From the human T2T-CHM13v2.0 reference genome, Homo sapiens: 64,000 bases of DNA. The stretch lies in assembly GCF_009914755.1 (NCBI RefSeq), contig NC_060946.1. One strand, written 5' to 3'. Positions 39,001-52,074 of this stretch are shown in pieces. Below the pieces are notes generated by a model. It ran no database searches and was not told the origin of the DNA. It was given only the letters and a program-made list of their open reading frames with translations. Position numbers and translations under genes: made by a program. How positions within the stretch are numbered: position 1 is the first letter of the stretch; each line of letters begins with the position of its first letter.

Positions 39001-39842
39001 GGTTAGAGGAATAGAAAGGGATAGGGCTGAAGAACACAGGTCGCTGCATTTAGAAAGGAGGCGGGGTCAGAGGAATAGAAAGGGACAGGGCTGAAGAACA
39101 CAGGTCGCTGCATTTAGAAAGGAGGCGGGGTTAGAGGAATAGAAAGGGATAGGGCTGAAGAACACAGGTCGCTGCATTTAGAAAGGAGGCGGGGTCAGAG
39201 GAATAGAAAGGGATAGGGTTGAAGAACACAGGTCGCTGCATTTAGAAAGGAGGCGGGGTCAGAGGAATAGAAAGGGACAGGGCTGAAGAACAGAGGTCGC
39301 TGCATTTAGAAAGGAGGCGGGGTCAGAGGAATAGAAAGGGACAGTGCTGAAGAACACAGGTCGCTGCATTTGGAAAGGAGGCGGGGTCAGAGGAATAGAA
39401 AGGGATAGGACTGAAGAACACATGTCGCTGCATTTAGAAAGGAGGCGGGGTCAGAGGAATAGAAAGGGATAGGGGTGAAGAACAGAGGTCGCTGCATTTA
39501 GAAAGGAGGCGGGGTCAGAGGAATAGAAAGGGATAGGGCTGAAGAACAGAGGTCGCTGCATTTAGAAAGGAGGCGGGGTCAGAGGAATAGAAAGGGACAG
39601 GGCTGAAGAACACAGGTCGCTGCATTTAGAAAGGAGGCGGGGTCAGAGGAATAGAAAGGGATAGGACTGAAGAACACATGTCGCTGCATTTAGAAAGGAG
39701 GCGGGGTCAGAGGAATAGAAAGGGATAGGGCTGAAGAACAGAGGTCGCTGCATTTAGAAAGGAAGCGGGGTCAGAGGAATAGAAAGGGATAGGGGTGAAG
39801 AACAGAGGTCGCTGCATTGAGAAAGGAGGCGGGGTCAGAGGA
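1..39842 (+). repeat. 64-bp tandem satellite array (~620 monomers), probably WaluSat; truncated by the left window edge
   Basis: Consensus GTCGCTGCATTTAGAAAGGAGGCGGGGTCAGAGGAATAGAAAGGGA[T/C]AGGGCTGAAGAACA[C/G]AG (64 nt) repeats uninterrupted to ...GGGGTCAGAGGA at ~39842. The array is certain. The WaluSat name rests on recalled 64-nt unit length, G-richness and the neighbouring AluSx3-like element. Confidence 0.95.
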
Positions 39843-40569
39843 GCAGAGGGAGCATTTGGTCACTGCTCTGCTGAGTACAGCAGGATAAAGTCCTTCATGA
39901 CCCTTGGACTTTTTTATTGGGATTATTAAAAATCAGATTTCAGTATAAAAAACACCATAATTGATGAAAAATAGATTTCTGAATGAGACCATGTGCCATG
40001 GAGTCTAATGGAAGGGGAGAAACACGATAATAGAAAAGCCACAAAAAGTAGACAAAAGTTGTTTTTATTATAGAAAAATATACTTTATTTAAAGAGAAAT
40101 GGTTAAGAGAAAGGGAAAAACTGAAACCTATGGGTGAATACTTAGAATGACAGTATTTAGCTCAACCTGAAGACAGATGAGGATGAAAAATGTAATGGGA
40201 ACTAGATAAGAGTTTTTTAAAAATTGTCTTAGTAAGATGTAATTTAAGAAAACTTGGAATATCTTAAACTATTAAAGACAATATTTCTAGAGCATGTTTA
40301 AAAACTAAAATGTAAATATAACTGCTCTTTTTTTTTAACTAACCCTTAGTATTTTGAGTGTAAAAACCCTCATTTGTAACAAACATTGTTGGCAGTTTAA
40401 ATTTCAGAAAAGATAACGATGAAAATTTGAAACACTTATAGCAGTTTTAAGAAAAGTGACTATTTTTGAGATCTGCCCTTATTGGCATCAGGTTTACAAA
40501 ATGCACTTTATACACCTGCTTAAATACATATTACTCATCCACTTATGAGAAATAATATTTTTGAGATAA

Positions 40570-40761
<192 letters not shown>

Positions 40762-40971
40762 TAACCACTTATTAATTGATTTAACTCTAATTTTACTTGA
40801 CTAAAACCTAGATACAAATTCATTTTAAGTTTGCATTTTCATAATTAAATGAATTCTATTTTAAAATGTATTTCAGAAACTCACAGCACAACTTTTTAGA
40901 TATGTGTGTCATGGGGGCGGGAGTCAGCTGAGCTGCTGGGGCAAGGTGAAATTTTTTTTGAATGCCAAAAT

Positions 40972-41247
40972 ATTTTTTTTTCTTTTTGAGAAAGAGTCTG
41001 GCTCTGTTTCCCAGGCTGGAGTGCAATGGCACGGTCTTGGCTCACTGCAACCTATGCCTCCAAGCAATTTTCCTGCCTCAGCCTCCTGAGTAGCTGGCAT
41101 TACAGGCATGTGCCACCACTCCCAGCTAATTTTTGTATTTTTAGTAGAGATGGGGTTTTGCCAAGTTGATCAGGCTGGTCTTGAATTCCTGACCTCGTGA
41201 TCTGCTGCCTCGGCCTCCCAAAGTGACGTGAGCCACCATGCCCGGCC
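40972..41247 (-). mobile_element. AluS element (AluSx3-like) with small internal deletions
   Basis: Poly-T, then GAGAAAGAGTCTGGCTCTG...GCCACCATGCCCGGCC. GACCTCGTGATC marks the Sx3/Sg/Sc group. It lacks CGGGTT and CTGGGATTACAGG relative to the Alu consensus. Confidence 0.92.
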
Positions 41248-42140
41248 ACTTATTCTTTCATGATTTTGAAAACAATGACCAAGCCTTGGACATATAATGT
41301 CCAGTGCACTCTTCATTATCTAGTTTGAATTTTTATTTCTGAAGATATGTTTTGCTGTCTGTGGTCATTTTTTCTTCCTTTTGTAGTACCCTCTGCTGCA
41401 TTCAAATTCCTTAAAGAAGACTTGTTTGTGTCATTCTTTAACATCAAATTTATCTTGATATGTAGCTTATATTTTGTTTCTGCTTCTTTTTCTTTTAGAT
41501 ATAAAACATATCATGGAAATTTACTCATTGTAGATGAGTACCTCTGTTGTATACATGAAGTATACATGTTATTAAACTTGTTTTACATAAATAAATTTCA
41601 TATATATAAATATATGTATAACTTGAAGAAAAAGTAAAATGAACATTTATGTTTTGATCACAGATTTTTTTTAAAACAACGGAATCTGTCTTTGAAGCCT
41701 TGAACACAGCTACTTTTCTATTTATTTACTGAGCACTTAATTTGGTTTTCTGATTCGAATCAACATTTTTCTGTCATTGCCTTTCTCTACATGGTTTTGT
41801 GTCTGTTTAATTTTGTTGACATTATGTCAGCAAAGATGTCTAGATCTCTTCTTCAAAGTCTTTAAATCGTCACACATCTCTCCGCCCCTTTCCTTTTTTC
41901 TAAAACTGCCTGTTTCCTTTTTCTCTTCAACTCAGATATTAAAGATGTTTTCTTCTCTTTTTCTACATTGAAAGATCTCCTTGATGCTTTTTGTGTGTAC
42001 TTTTTTTTCTCTGATAGACTGTGGTCAATGCATATCAAAATGTATTTTTTGTCTTTTTCAAACGTATGTGTTTTACTTTTTTATCTTGGTTACTTATCTC
42101 TGGGTTATGGCTTATATTTAGTAATAGGTTATTTTACCTA

Positions 42141-42512
<372 letters not shown>

Positions 42513-42724
42513 TTACCTGCCATATATGACATAAAATTGTTCTTCATATTATTTATCTAAGATTATAATTTCATATAGAATGCTTTTAAACTATGTTCAG
42601 TTGAAACTGAAAGGAACATAGTTTATAGATTTGTTTCCTTGATATGCCATAACATATATTTAAACAATTATTAAATATTTACTCTTAAAAATACTTGACT
42701 TACTAATTCTGTACATTTCTGCAG

Positions 42725-42860
<136 letters not shown>

Positions 42861-42864
42861 TAAA

Positions 42865-43373
42865 AAAAATTATTTTATCTTAAGGTCTAGATTACGTGTG
42901 TGAGATGTGCGGGTTTGTTATATAGGTAAACATGTGCCATGGTGGTTTGCTGCACCTATCAATCAATCACCTAGATATTAAGCCCTGTGGGCATTAGTTA
43001 TTGATGTTGATACTCTCCCTCCTGACCCCAACAGGCCCCAGTGTTTGTTGTTCCCCTCCCCGAGTCCATGTGTTCTTATAGTTCAGCTCCCACTTATAAG
43101 TGAGAAGATGCAGTGTTTGGTTTTTTCTTCCTGCAGTAGTTTGCTGAAGATATCAGCTTCGGGTTCATCCATATCCCTGCAAAGAGCACGATCTCATTCA
43201 TTTTTATGGCTCCATAGTATTCCATGGTGTATATATACCACATTTTCTTTATCCCATTATCACTGATAATGTCCACCTGGGTTGATTCCATGTCTTTACT
43301 ATTGTGAATAGTGCTGCAGTGAACATACAAATGCATGTATCTTTATAATAGAATAATTTATCTTCCAATGTAT
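42865..43373 (-). mobile_element. 5'-truncated L1PA (older primate subfamily) 3' end, ~0.5 kb
   Basis: Reverse L1 3'UTR motifs (GTTTGTTATATAGGTAAACATGTGCCATGGTGGTTTGCTGCACC; CAGCTCCCACTTATAAGTGAGAA). Minus ORF contains KKMWYIYTMEYY, the ORF2 C-terminus. Flanked by GGTAATTT direct repeats. Confidence 0.9.
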
Positions 43374-44049
43374 GGTAATTTTAAATCAGTTTTGGTATTA
43401 AAAATCATGCATTTTGGAAAATATTGATAATGGAAAAACCCAAATTCTGCCAAAATATGTTGATAAAATAGAGGGAAAATATATCTTTTCAAACTTTAAA
43501 TGCCTCAGGCTCTTAGTTAATCTTCCCCAGATCTGGGAAGACCTAGAAGGGGAGAGATTGGGCTACCTTAATGAGGGCCATTTCAATCTCTTGGCCTGCA
43601 GCAGCCATTTCAAAATACGTCAAAAAATATATTTGGGGGTAAAATATTTTGATTTCCTTCAGCCTCTTCTCTCTGTGATGCTGCACCAGAATCAGATTAG
43701 AAAGGAAGCCACATTATAAGTGTTAATAAAACCCATCTGATGAGATTTGATAGTTTGAAGGGTGTGTTTCCCAGACCCTTTAGATAGAAATTGGGGCCAA
43801 AGAAAACAAGGTCTTATTCCTCTATATAAATCTGTCAGTGCTTTAAGCAGTGAAAGAAAGATTTTTCATTTAATTTTACAGACTTGATACTAATGAAAAG
43901 GATAGCTTGTAAAATATAAATCTCTTTTTCTATAAAAAGGACATGTTGTTGATTCTCTTAGACCTTGAACCCTGGCCAGTGATTTGAAACCAAGCAGTAC
44001 CTATCTCCGGATCTCTAGTACCAAATTAATTCGGGGTGGGGGGGTAACA

Positions 44050-45830
44050 GGTTTATTGAGAAATAATGAACACACCATGCAATTCACTCATTTAAAGTAT
44101 ACAATTCATTAACTTTAGTATTTTCAGAGTTATGCCGTCATCATTACAATTAATTTTAGAACATTTTCATCACCCTAAAAACAAACCCCACATCATTTAG
44201 CCATCTTCACTAGTTTTCCCTTCCTCCCTCAGCCCTAGGGAACCACCCAGCTTCTTTGTATAGATTTGCCTATAAGCCTCTGAAATAAAAAGCAAGTGGT
44301 CTGCTGGGACTGGCTTATTTCACTTAGCATAATTTTTCATGCTGCATCTGTGCTGTAGCAGGTATAGATGTCGGGTTTTTGCTCCTTAGTTCAGCTACAT
44401 CTGGGTTCTTCTCTCGTGACCAGGAAAAATTAAGCATGCAGACACATTGAGGAGGGCAGAATTTATTATGTGAAAGGACAGCTCTCAGCAAAGAGAGGGG
44501 TCCTGCAAACAGGTTTCCACCTCACAATTGAATACCAGGAGCACATGAGCTGAAGCGGCCAGGCTCCTCCTCTGCATAAGGCGTGAATTCCTGGTGACTC
44601 CACCCCATCCCCCCACTGCATGTGGGCCTCCGGTCTGCTGCGGGCATGTCCAGGCAAGACAAGTCCAGCTTCCCTTATCTGCACATAACATCTGGTGTAA
44701 ACACTTGTGGAGCTGGTTGGAGATTTTCCGGGCACCCTTCCGTATCTGCCTAGGCATTTTGCTGTCTCCTCCTAATACGGTATCTGTACTTAATTTCTTC
44801 TTATTGCTGAGTAATAATCCATTGTATGGATACATCAAACATTTTATTTATCTATTCGCCAGGTGATGGGACCTTTGGGTTCTCTCCCACCCAAAGGTGA
44901 CAGACGTTCTGGTTCTTTCCACCTTTTGACTACTATTAATAATGCTGCTGTAAACATTTATGTATGAGTTTTTGTGCTTGTGTATGTTTTTATTTTTCTG
45001 GAGTATATACTTATGACTGGAATTTCTGTGTCATATGGTAACATTATGCTTAACCCTTTAAGGAGCTGCCAGTTTGTTTTCCAAAGTGGCTGCATCACTT
45101 TACATTCCCAGCAGCATTAGTTAAGGGTTTTAATTTCTTTACATTTTTTTCTAACCCTCTTTTTTCTTGAACAAAGATTTTATCCTGTGGTGTGAAGTGA
45201 TACCACATGTGGTTTTGATTTACATTTTCCTAATGACTAATTACATTAAGCATCTATTAATGTGCTTATCCATCTTTATATCTGCTTTGCAGATATATCT
45301 ATTCAAAATCTTTGACCATTTTTTAAAATTGGCTTATCTTGTTATTTATTAATTGCAAGAGTTATTTATATTTCCTATATATGTAAGTCCCTTATCAGAT
45401 ACACGCTTTTCAAATACTTTCTTCTACTTGGCGTCTTACCTTTTCACTTCTTCATACTGTCTTCTGAGGCACAGCAGTTTTCAATTTTGAAGTCCATTGA
45501 ATCCATTTTTCCTTTGGAGTCATAGCTAAGAAAACACTGGCAAATGCTGTCACAAAGATTTATGCCAGTGTTTTCTTCTGAGGGTTTTATAGTTTTAGCT
45601 TTTACAGTTAACTATTTTATTTTGAGTTAATTTTTAAATAAGATATTTGGTCGAACTTTATTTATTTTTTCTTATGGATACCCAGTTGTCCCAGCACCAT
45701 TTGTTGAAAAGACTATTCTTTTCCCATTGTGTTCTTTCGTTAAGTTTGTATAAAATCAATTGATTGTAAAAGTGCAAGCTTATTTTTAGATTGTGAATTC
45801 TTAGCTTCTTTATGTCTATTCTTATGTCAA
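44050..45830 (-). mobile_element. L1MB-type 3' fragment, interrupted by an LTR
   Basis: TTTATTGAGAAATAAT...AATTCACTCATTTAAAGTATACAATTCA...TTTTAGAACATTTTCATCACCC (L1MB 3' end) and TCCCAGCACCATTTGTTGAAAAGACTATTC. Minus ORF has [11 protein letters not shown]. Boundaries approximate. Confidence 0.82.
44365..44778 (-). mobile_element. Solo LTR, ERV1/MER4 group (MER61-like; subfamily uncertain)
   Basis: A 414-bp GC-richer block splits L1MB sequence and is flanked by GGTA direct repeats (44361-44364, 44779-44782). TTTATT (minus-strand polyA signal) at ~44462. Confidence 0.65.
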
Positions 45831-47139
45831 GGCCCAATCGAATTGAATGAGAAGTTTTTTTCAATCATGTTGCATATTACCAGTTGTCTTATGTCATAAT
45901 AAAAATTAAATTTAGTGGAATATCTGTAACTTCACCTTTTGTGTCACAAAGGAGTCTCTGGCCAGCTTATACCTTACTTCGTCTAAGACATGATCAGACG
46001 CCAGGCTTACAAGACACATTTAATTTCTTTTTTTCTCCATTCAAGCCTTTAGTCTCTTTTCCATTGCCTCCCGCTATAGTTATATTTTCAGTAAGTTTTG
46101 GTCGCAGGATCTGCTGACATAGTCTAATATTTAGTGCATTATGTTTTACTAACTCATTATAATTCATAGAACCTTCCATAGATGTTTACCATCGAGGAAG
46201 GAGAAGTTTAAGTCTGAACCACCAGCTTTCCTCAGTGGAAATCAAGTGAAGTCATCATCTTGCAGTTTACAGACCCTCTTTCCTCCTGGTAGCTGGTTCT
46301 CTTGGGTAGTACTGTAGCTAATCCTTTTCTTAGTGCAGATCTTGCATTCTCAGAGACCACAGTTCCCTGTATTGACCTCCTTTTACTGAAACAGAGATGC
46401 ACAGCTCTGCTTTCTAGCTCAGTAGAGGATTCTTGGAATAAAACGTTTAACTCATTCCAAGAAAAAGTCTTAGGAGTGCAGCACTTCAAAATCAGGTAAT
46501 GTTCAGGCAATTTATCAGAGACACATAGTAGGTTAGTATTTTGACTTTCAAAATTTCGGAGCCAAGTTGTGTGCTATAGAGGAGCATTGTGGCATAACAT
46601 AGAGATGGGATGGTCTTAACTTCTCCATACAAACAAGCTTGGAGTAAGGTAAAGGAGAAATTGCATTTGATGTCTTAACACTCAAAACACACTATGCTTA
46701 TTTTACTTCTGTGAAGACTAAAAATCATTCCATAATCTCCTTATTTGCTCATTTAGAAAAGAAAATGAAAATTGAATACTAGGTTGATTAATAAACACTC
46801 AAAGCTTCTTCTTTTAGAATTTTAGTTAATTGAAATCAGGTAAATGTCTGATTTTGCCTATGTCACCAAGTATCTCTAGTTGTTTTTCAAATCATACATC
46901 TTCTTGCTTCCCAATCTTATTTCCTAACTTGAGGGGAAATTGTAAGGAGACATCCTTGCCTTGTTATCAGAGTTCATAATTGAAGGAGTTTTAGGAAAAT
47001 TCCTCCTCAGCAGCTTATGTCTCTCTCCTGGTTATCTGCTGCTTCTCAATAATGTTTGACATCAATAAATAAATCTCAACATTTATTAGATCCTACTTTA
47101 AAGGAGACTTTTCTGCTGCATAAGTTATATTTCCTGTTG

Positions 47140-47555
47140 TCTCTTTTTAAAAGTTATTTTTCTAACAATTACCCAGAGTCTTGTGGCTTGAAAGAAAAAC
47201 ATTTATTTTGTTCATGAACCTGTGGTTTGGGAAAAACTTGGCCAGAACAGCTTGTCTCTGCTCCCTTCAGCTTCCCTAGGAAGAGCTGATCAGTTGGGGA
47301 AATGGAATCCTCTGAAGCTTTGGTCACCCACTTGTTTGATGGTTGATGCTGGCCATCGGCTGTAAACTTGGTTGGGACAGGCAGCATGAACACTGACACA
47401 GGCACTTTCAGGCTCTCACAATTGGGGCTGGGTTCCAAGGGAAAACAGTCTGAGATAGGGAAGCCACATGGTATCCCTTTCACTACATTCTACTCATTAG
47501 AAGGAAGTCAGTAAGGCTGGCCCATATTCTGCTTTTTAAATGGGATGAATGTAGC
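47140..47555 (-). mobile_element. MLT1-type (ERVL-MaLR) LTR fragment
   Basis: AACAATTACCCAGAGTCTTGTGGCTTGAAAGAAAAACATTTATTTTGTTCATG and CACTACATTCTACTCATTAGAAGGAAGTCAGTAAGGCTGGCCCATATTC resemble MLT1 motifs. Boundaries approximate. Confidence 0.65.
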
Positions 47556-47559
47556 TTCT

Positions 47560-49297
47560 CTTTTGTTTTAATTGACACATATATACATAATTATGGGCTA
47601 TAGAGTGATATTTTTATACATGTATATAGTGTGTAATGATCAAGCTAACTAGCACATTTACTACTTCAACCATTTTTCATTTCTTTGAATTGTGAACATT
47701 CAAAATCTTCTGGCTTTTTAAAAATATACAATAAGTCGTAGTTAACCATATTCACCCTACAATGCCACAGAACACCAGAACCCACTCCTCTTATCTAACT
47801 GTAATTCTGTATCCATTAACCAGCCTCACCTCCCCTACTTCTGTGAGCTTTTTTTTGTTAAGAGACAGGGTCTTGCTAGTGTAGTCTGGGCTCTGGGCAA
47901 CTGTAGTCACCCAGACTGGAGACAGTGGTTTGATCATAGTTCACTGCAGCCTCAAACTCTTGGGCCCATCTGATCCTCACACCTCAGCCTCCTGAGCAGC
48001 TGGCATTATGGGCATGCACCATTGCACATGTCTGATTTTTGACTTTGTAGAGATATCTCCCTATGTTTCCCAGGGAGCTCTGGAACTTTTGGCCTCAAAT
48101 GATTCTCTTGCCTTGGTCTTACAAAGAGCTAGGAAATTACAGGCATCAGCCATATTGCCCAGCCTTCAATTTTCCTTTAGCTCCCACACATGAGTAAGAA
48201 TGTGCAGTATTTATCTTTCTGTGTCTGCACTTAACATAACATCCGTCAGACTGATCCACGTGGCCACGAATAACAGGATTTAATTCCTTTATACGGTGAA
48301 TACTATTCCACTGTGTTTGTGTGCCACAGTTTTTCGTCCATTCATTTGGTGATGGACATGTAGGTTGATTCCATACACAAGCTGTTGTGGATAGTGCTAC
48401 AGTAAACATATGAGGACAGGTATCCTTTTGATCTATTGTTTTCTTTTCTATTGCCTGAATACCCAGTAGTGGGGTTGCTGGATCCCTCGGCAGTCCCATT
48501 ATTAGTTTTTTTGAGAAAACCTCCTGTTGTTCTCTATAGTGGCTGCACTAATTTACCTTCCCACCAACAGCATGTAAGAGTTTACTGTTCTCTGGAGCCT
48601 CACGAGCATTTGTTATTTTTTTTGTCTTTTCAATGACAGCAATTTATTCAAATTGAAGCAAGATTATATCACATTGTAGATTTGATTTGTATTTCCCTGA
48701 GGATTAGTGATACTGAGCATTTTAAAATTTATTTATTGGTTATTTGTATTTCTTTTTCTAAAAAAAAGTATAGTTATATATTTTGCCCAATTTTGAACTC
48801 AGATTTTTTTTACTGTGAAGTTGTTTGAGTTTTTTTGTATATTTTGTATATTAGTCCCTTATTAGGTGAATAGCTTGACAATATTTTCTCCTATTCTACA
48901 GGTTTTTTCTTCACTCAGTTGTTTGCTGGACAGAAGCTCTTTAGCTTAATGTAGTGTCATTTGTCTATGATTTGTTGTTTGCCTATGCTTCTGATGTCTT
49001 ACCCATAAAAATCTTTGTGCAGACTAATGTCCTCAAACATTTTCCCTATATTTACTTAGAGTAGTTTGATAATTTTGGGCCTTATATTTCAGTCTTCAAT
49101 CGATTCTGAGTTTATGTTGTTATATGGTGTTACATAGGAAGCTAATATCATTCTTCTCCATATGGATATTTAGTTTTCCCAGTGTCATTCATTTGAAGAG
49201 GCTGTCCTTTCCCCAGCGTATGTTCTTGGCATGTTCGTCCAAAATCAGTTGGCTGGAAATATGTGGATTTATTTCTGGGTGCCGTATTCTATGGTCT
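47560..49297 (-). mobile_element. L1MA-type 3' fragment, interrupted by AluJ
   Basis: TTTTAATTGACACAT...GTGAACATTCAAAATC...TTAGCTCCCACACATGAGTAAGAATGTGCAGTATTT. Minus ORF has LPRDPATPLLGI, an L1 ORF2 C-terminal homolog. Confidence 0.82.
47849..48165 (-). mobile_element. AluJ element (diverged)
   Basis: T-run, GAGACAGGGTCTTGCT...TCACTGCAGCCTCAAACTC...GCCATATTGCCCAGCC, with AluJ diagnostics. Confidence 0.85.
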
Positions 49298-49406
49298 TTA
49301 CCCCAAGAATCATTACTTCTTAAAATGCAATTCAAATTAGCATGAAACATTTGCAGTTTAAGGAAAGGCTTATAGCATCAGAATCCTTAATCATAGATTT
49401 CATTAT

Positions 49407-49700
49407 TTTGTGTTGTTTTTTTGAGATAGGGTCTTTGTCTGTCATCCAGGCAGAAGTGCAGTGATAATAATTCACTGCAGCCCTGAACTCTGGGTACAAG
49501 CCATCCTTTTGCCTCAGTATCCCAACTAGCTGGTTCTACAGGCATGAGCCACCATGCCCGGGTAATTAAAAAATTTTTTTTTGTAGAGATGGGGGTCTCA
49601 CTATGTTGCTCTGGCTGATCTCAAATTCCTGGCCTCAAGTGATCTTTCTGCCACAGCTTTTTAAAGTGCTAGGATTACAGGCATGAGCCACCATGCCTAA
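49407..49700 (-). mobile_element. AluJ element
   Basis: TTTTTTGAGATAGGGTCTT...TCACTGCAGCC...GGCCTCAAGTGATC...GAGCCACCATGCCTAA. Confidence 0.88.
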
Positions 49701-50047
49701 TATAGAGTGTAATATTATTTTCAAAGTCTTATTCCTAGGCCCATTTATTGACTTTGGCCTAAATAACTCAATATGATATCTCTGAAACTTTTTTTGACAT
49801 ACTGTGGGGAATGATAATGAAGGAAGGGGGTTAGACACTTTTTACTAGGAGATAACTTTGTGCCATTTAAGGAGGAACAAAAATGAATTATCGAAAAATA
49901 AAAGTAAAATGAAGTACAAAAATTCTGTGGCGAAGATGATGATAGTAAAGAATATATTTTTATGACTCATGGTAGCTTTAACTTTGTTCTTAAAATTCTG
50001 AGTAATTTCAGGGTTCACATTTGAAGAATCTGCTGCATTACAGATAA

Positions 50048-50548
<501 letters not shown>

Positions 50549-51012
50549 TAGAAAAAAATGGTATCTCTTTTTTCTTTTAAATATTTAAATATCCATTATT
50601 ATTGTAACAAAATCAATCTTTCAGAGTAATGATTCTCATTATGGAGTCATTTGATGATTAAGACCAGTTGGCATAGGAAGAAATTGTGATTTAGAAATTA
50701 TGTGATAATTATGAATTGGTCTTAAGCTACAGTGTTCATTGATCACTTTTTCAAATTACGAATGGATTCTATTACTTTTTATATGACCAGATTACATTAA
50801 TACTAGCATAATTATGATTTCAAATTTTTACAAATCAGACTTAATTCTGAATTCAGTTATTAGTTTTGATATTGCTGAAATATTTTAACCTTCAGCCTCT
50901 TTTTTAACATATTCAAAAATACTCTTTGAATCACTGACTCAAAATGAAAGGCAACAAACATAATAATTAGGTTATAATTGTTTTAAAAGTGTATTCTTTT
51001 CCTCTGTTTTAG

Positions 51013-51227
<215 letters not shown>

Positions 51228-52074
51228 TAAGTCAAAACATACACTCATAGAAAATGAATTAACCTCATTAATTTGTTTCAAAAGCATAATTTTTAGTGAG
51301 ATGGCTTCAGGAGATTAGAAGGAAGTGAATGTTAATTTGACAATGTAATTTTGAAAAATAATGTTAGTAAATAATCTTACCTTTAAAATGTTAGTCAAAG
51401 ATAGTTTTTGTCTCTCCCCTCATTTTTTTTTTTTTGCTTTTGTATGGCTTTTTTTCCTGAAAAGTCTCAGGTAATTAACCTGATCTGTTAGTTTTCTTCA
51501 CTAAGTATTTTTGAAGCTTTATAATTAATGAAGTGATCTTGTTATAAAATTACTTGTCAGAATTTCCCTAAATAGAAATATTAATGTGTTTAATTTACTT
51601 TTCTGTAGATCACAACCTAAATGCAAAGTGGTACTGCTACTCTGGGCACAATTGTTTTTGATTGTGATCTTTAGTATTATCACCAGAGTGTGCCTCAAGA
51701 AAGACTATTTGTGTAACATATTCAAGATGTTACAGAAAGTCACCCTTGTGAAATAGGGAATAATTATCACAGGAATTTAAAGAAGTGTAATTCACAAAGC
51801 GGTTAAAAAATAACACCTTGTTCAGCCTGAAGCGTTGTGTGGAAGGCAGAAAGAACATGCCCCACCTCCAGGGCCTTGGTCACAGTGTTGGGGGCTAATT
51901 CCCTTCAGAGATGCTTTAGTTCTTTTTGATCACCAACCAGACAATCTAGTTCTCCCCTAGGAGTTTTTGCTCTGAATTATTCCTCAGTGCCAAATGTGTA
52001 ATTGGTCCTAGATAATGGGTGAAATGTACAAGAGTGAAATCTAAAACTGGTTTACTAAACACAAGTATTCCTAG

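Noticed and set aside
1-39842. CRISPR-like array (regular ~64-bp period)
   Set aside because: There are no unique spacers, the whole unit repeats, there are no cas genes, and the context is primate Alu/L1 DNA.
1-39842. Telomere-like GGGGTTAGAGG in variant monomers
   Set aside because: It is a single C>T variant with no TTAGGG tandem, insufficient for an interstitial telomere call.
1-39842. PRDM9 13-mer, minisatellite core or H-DNA motif in the monomer
   Set aside because: I found no match to CCNCCNTNNCCNC on either strand. The resemblance to GGAGGTGGGCAGG is partial, and the purine tracts are interrupted and not mirror repeats.
40910-40940. GGGGGCGGGAGTCAGCTGAG resembling part of the monomer just before the Alu
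   Set aside because: The similarity is short and low-complexity and cannot be distinguished from chance without alignment statistics.
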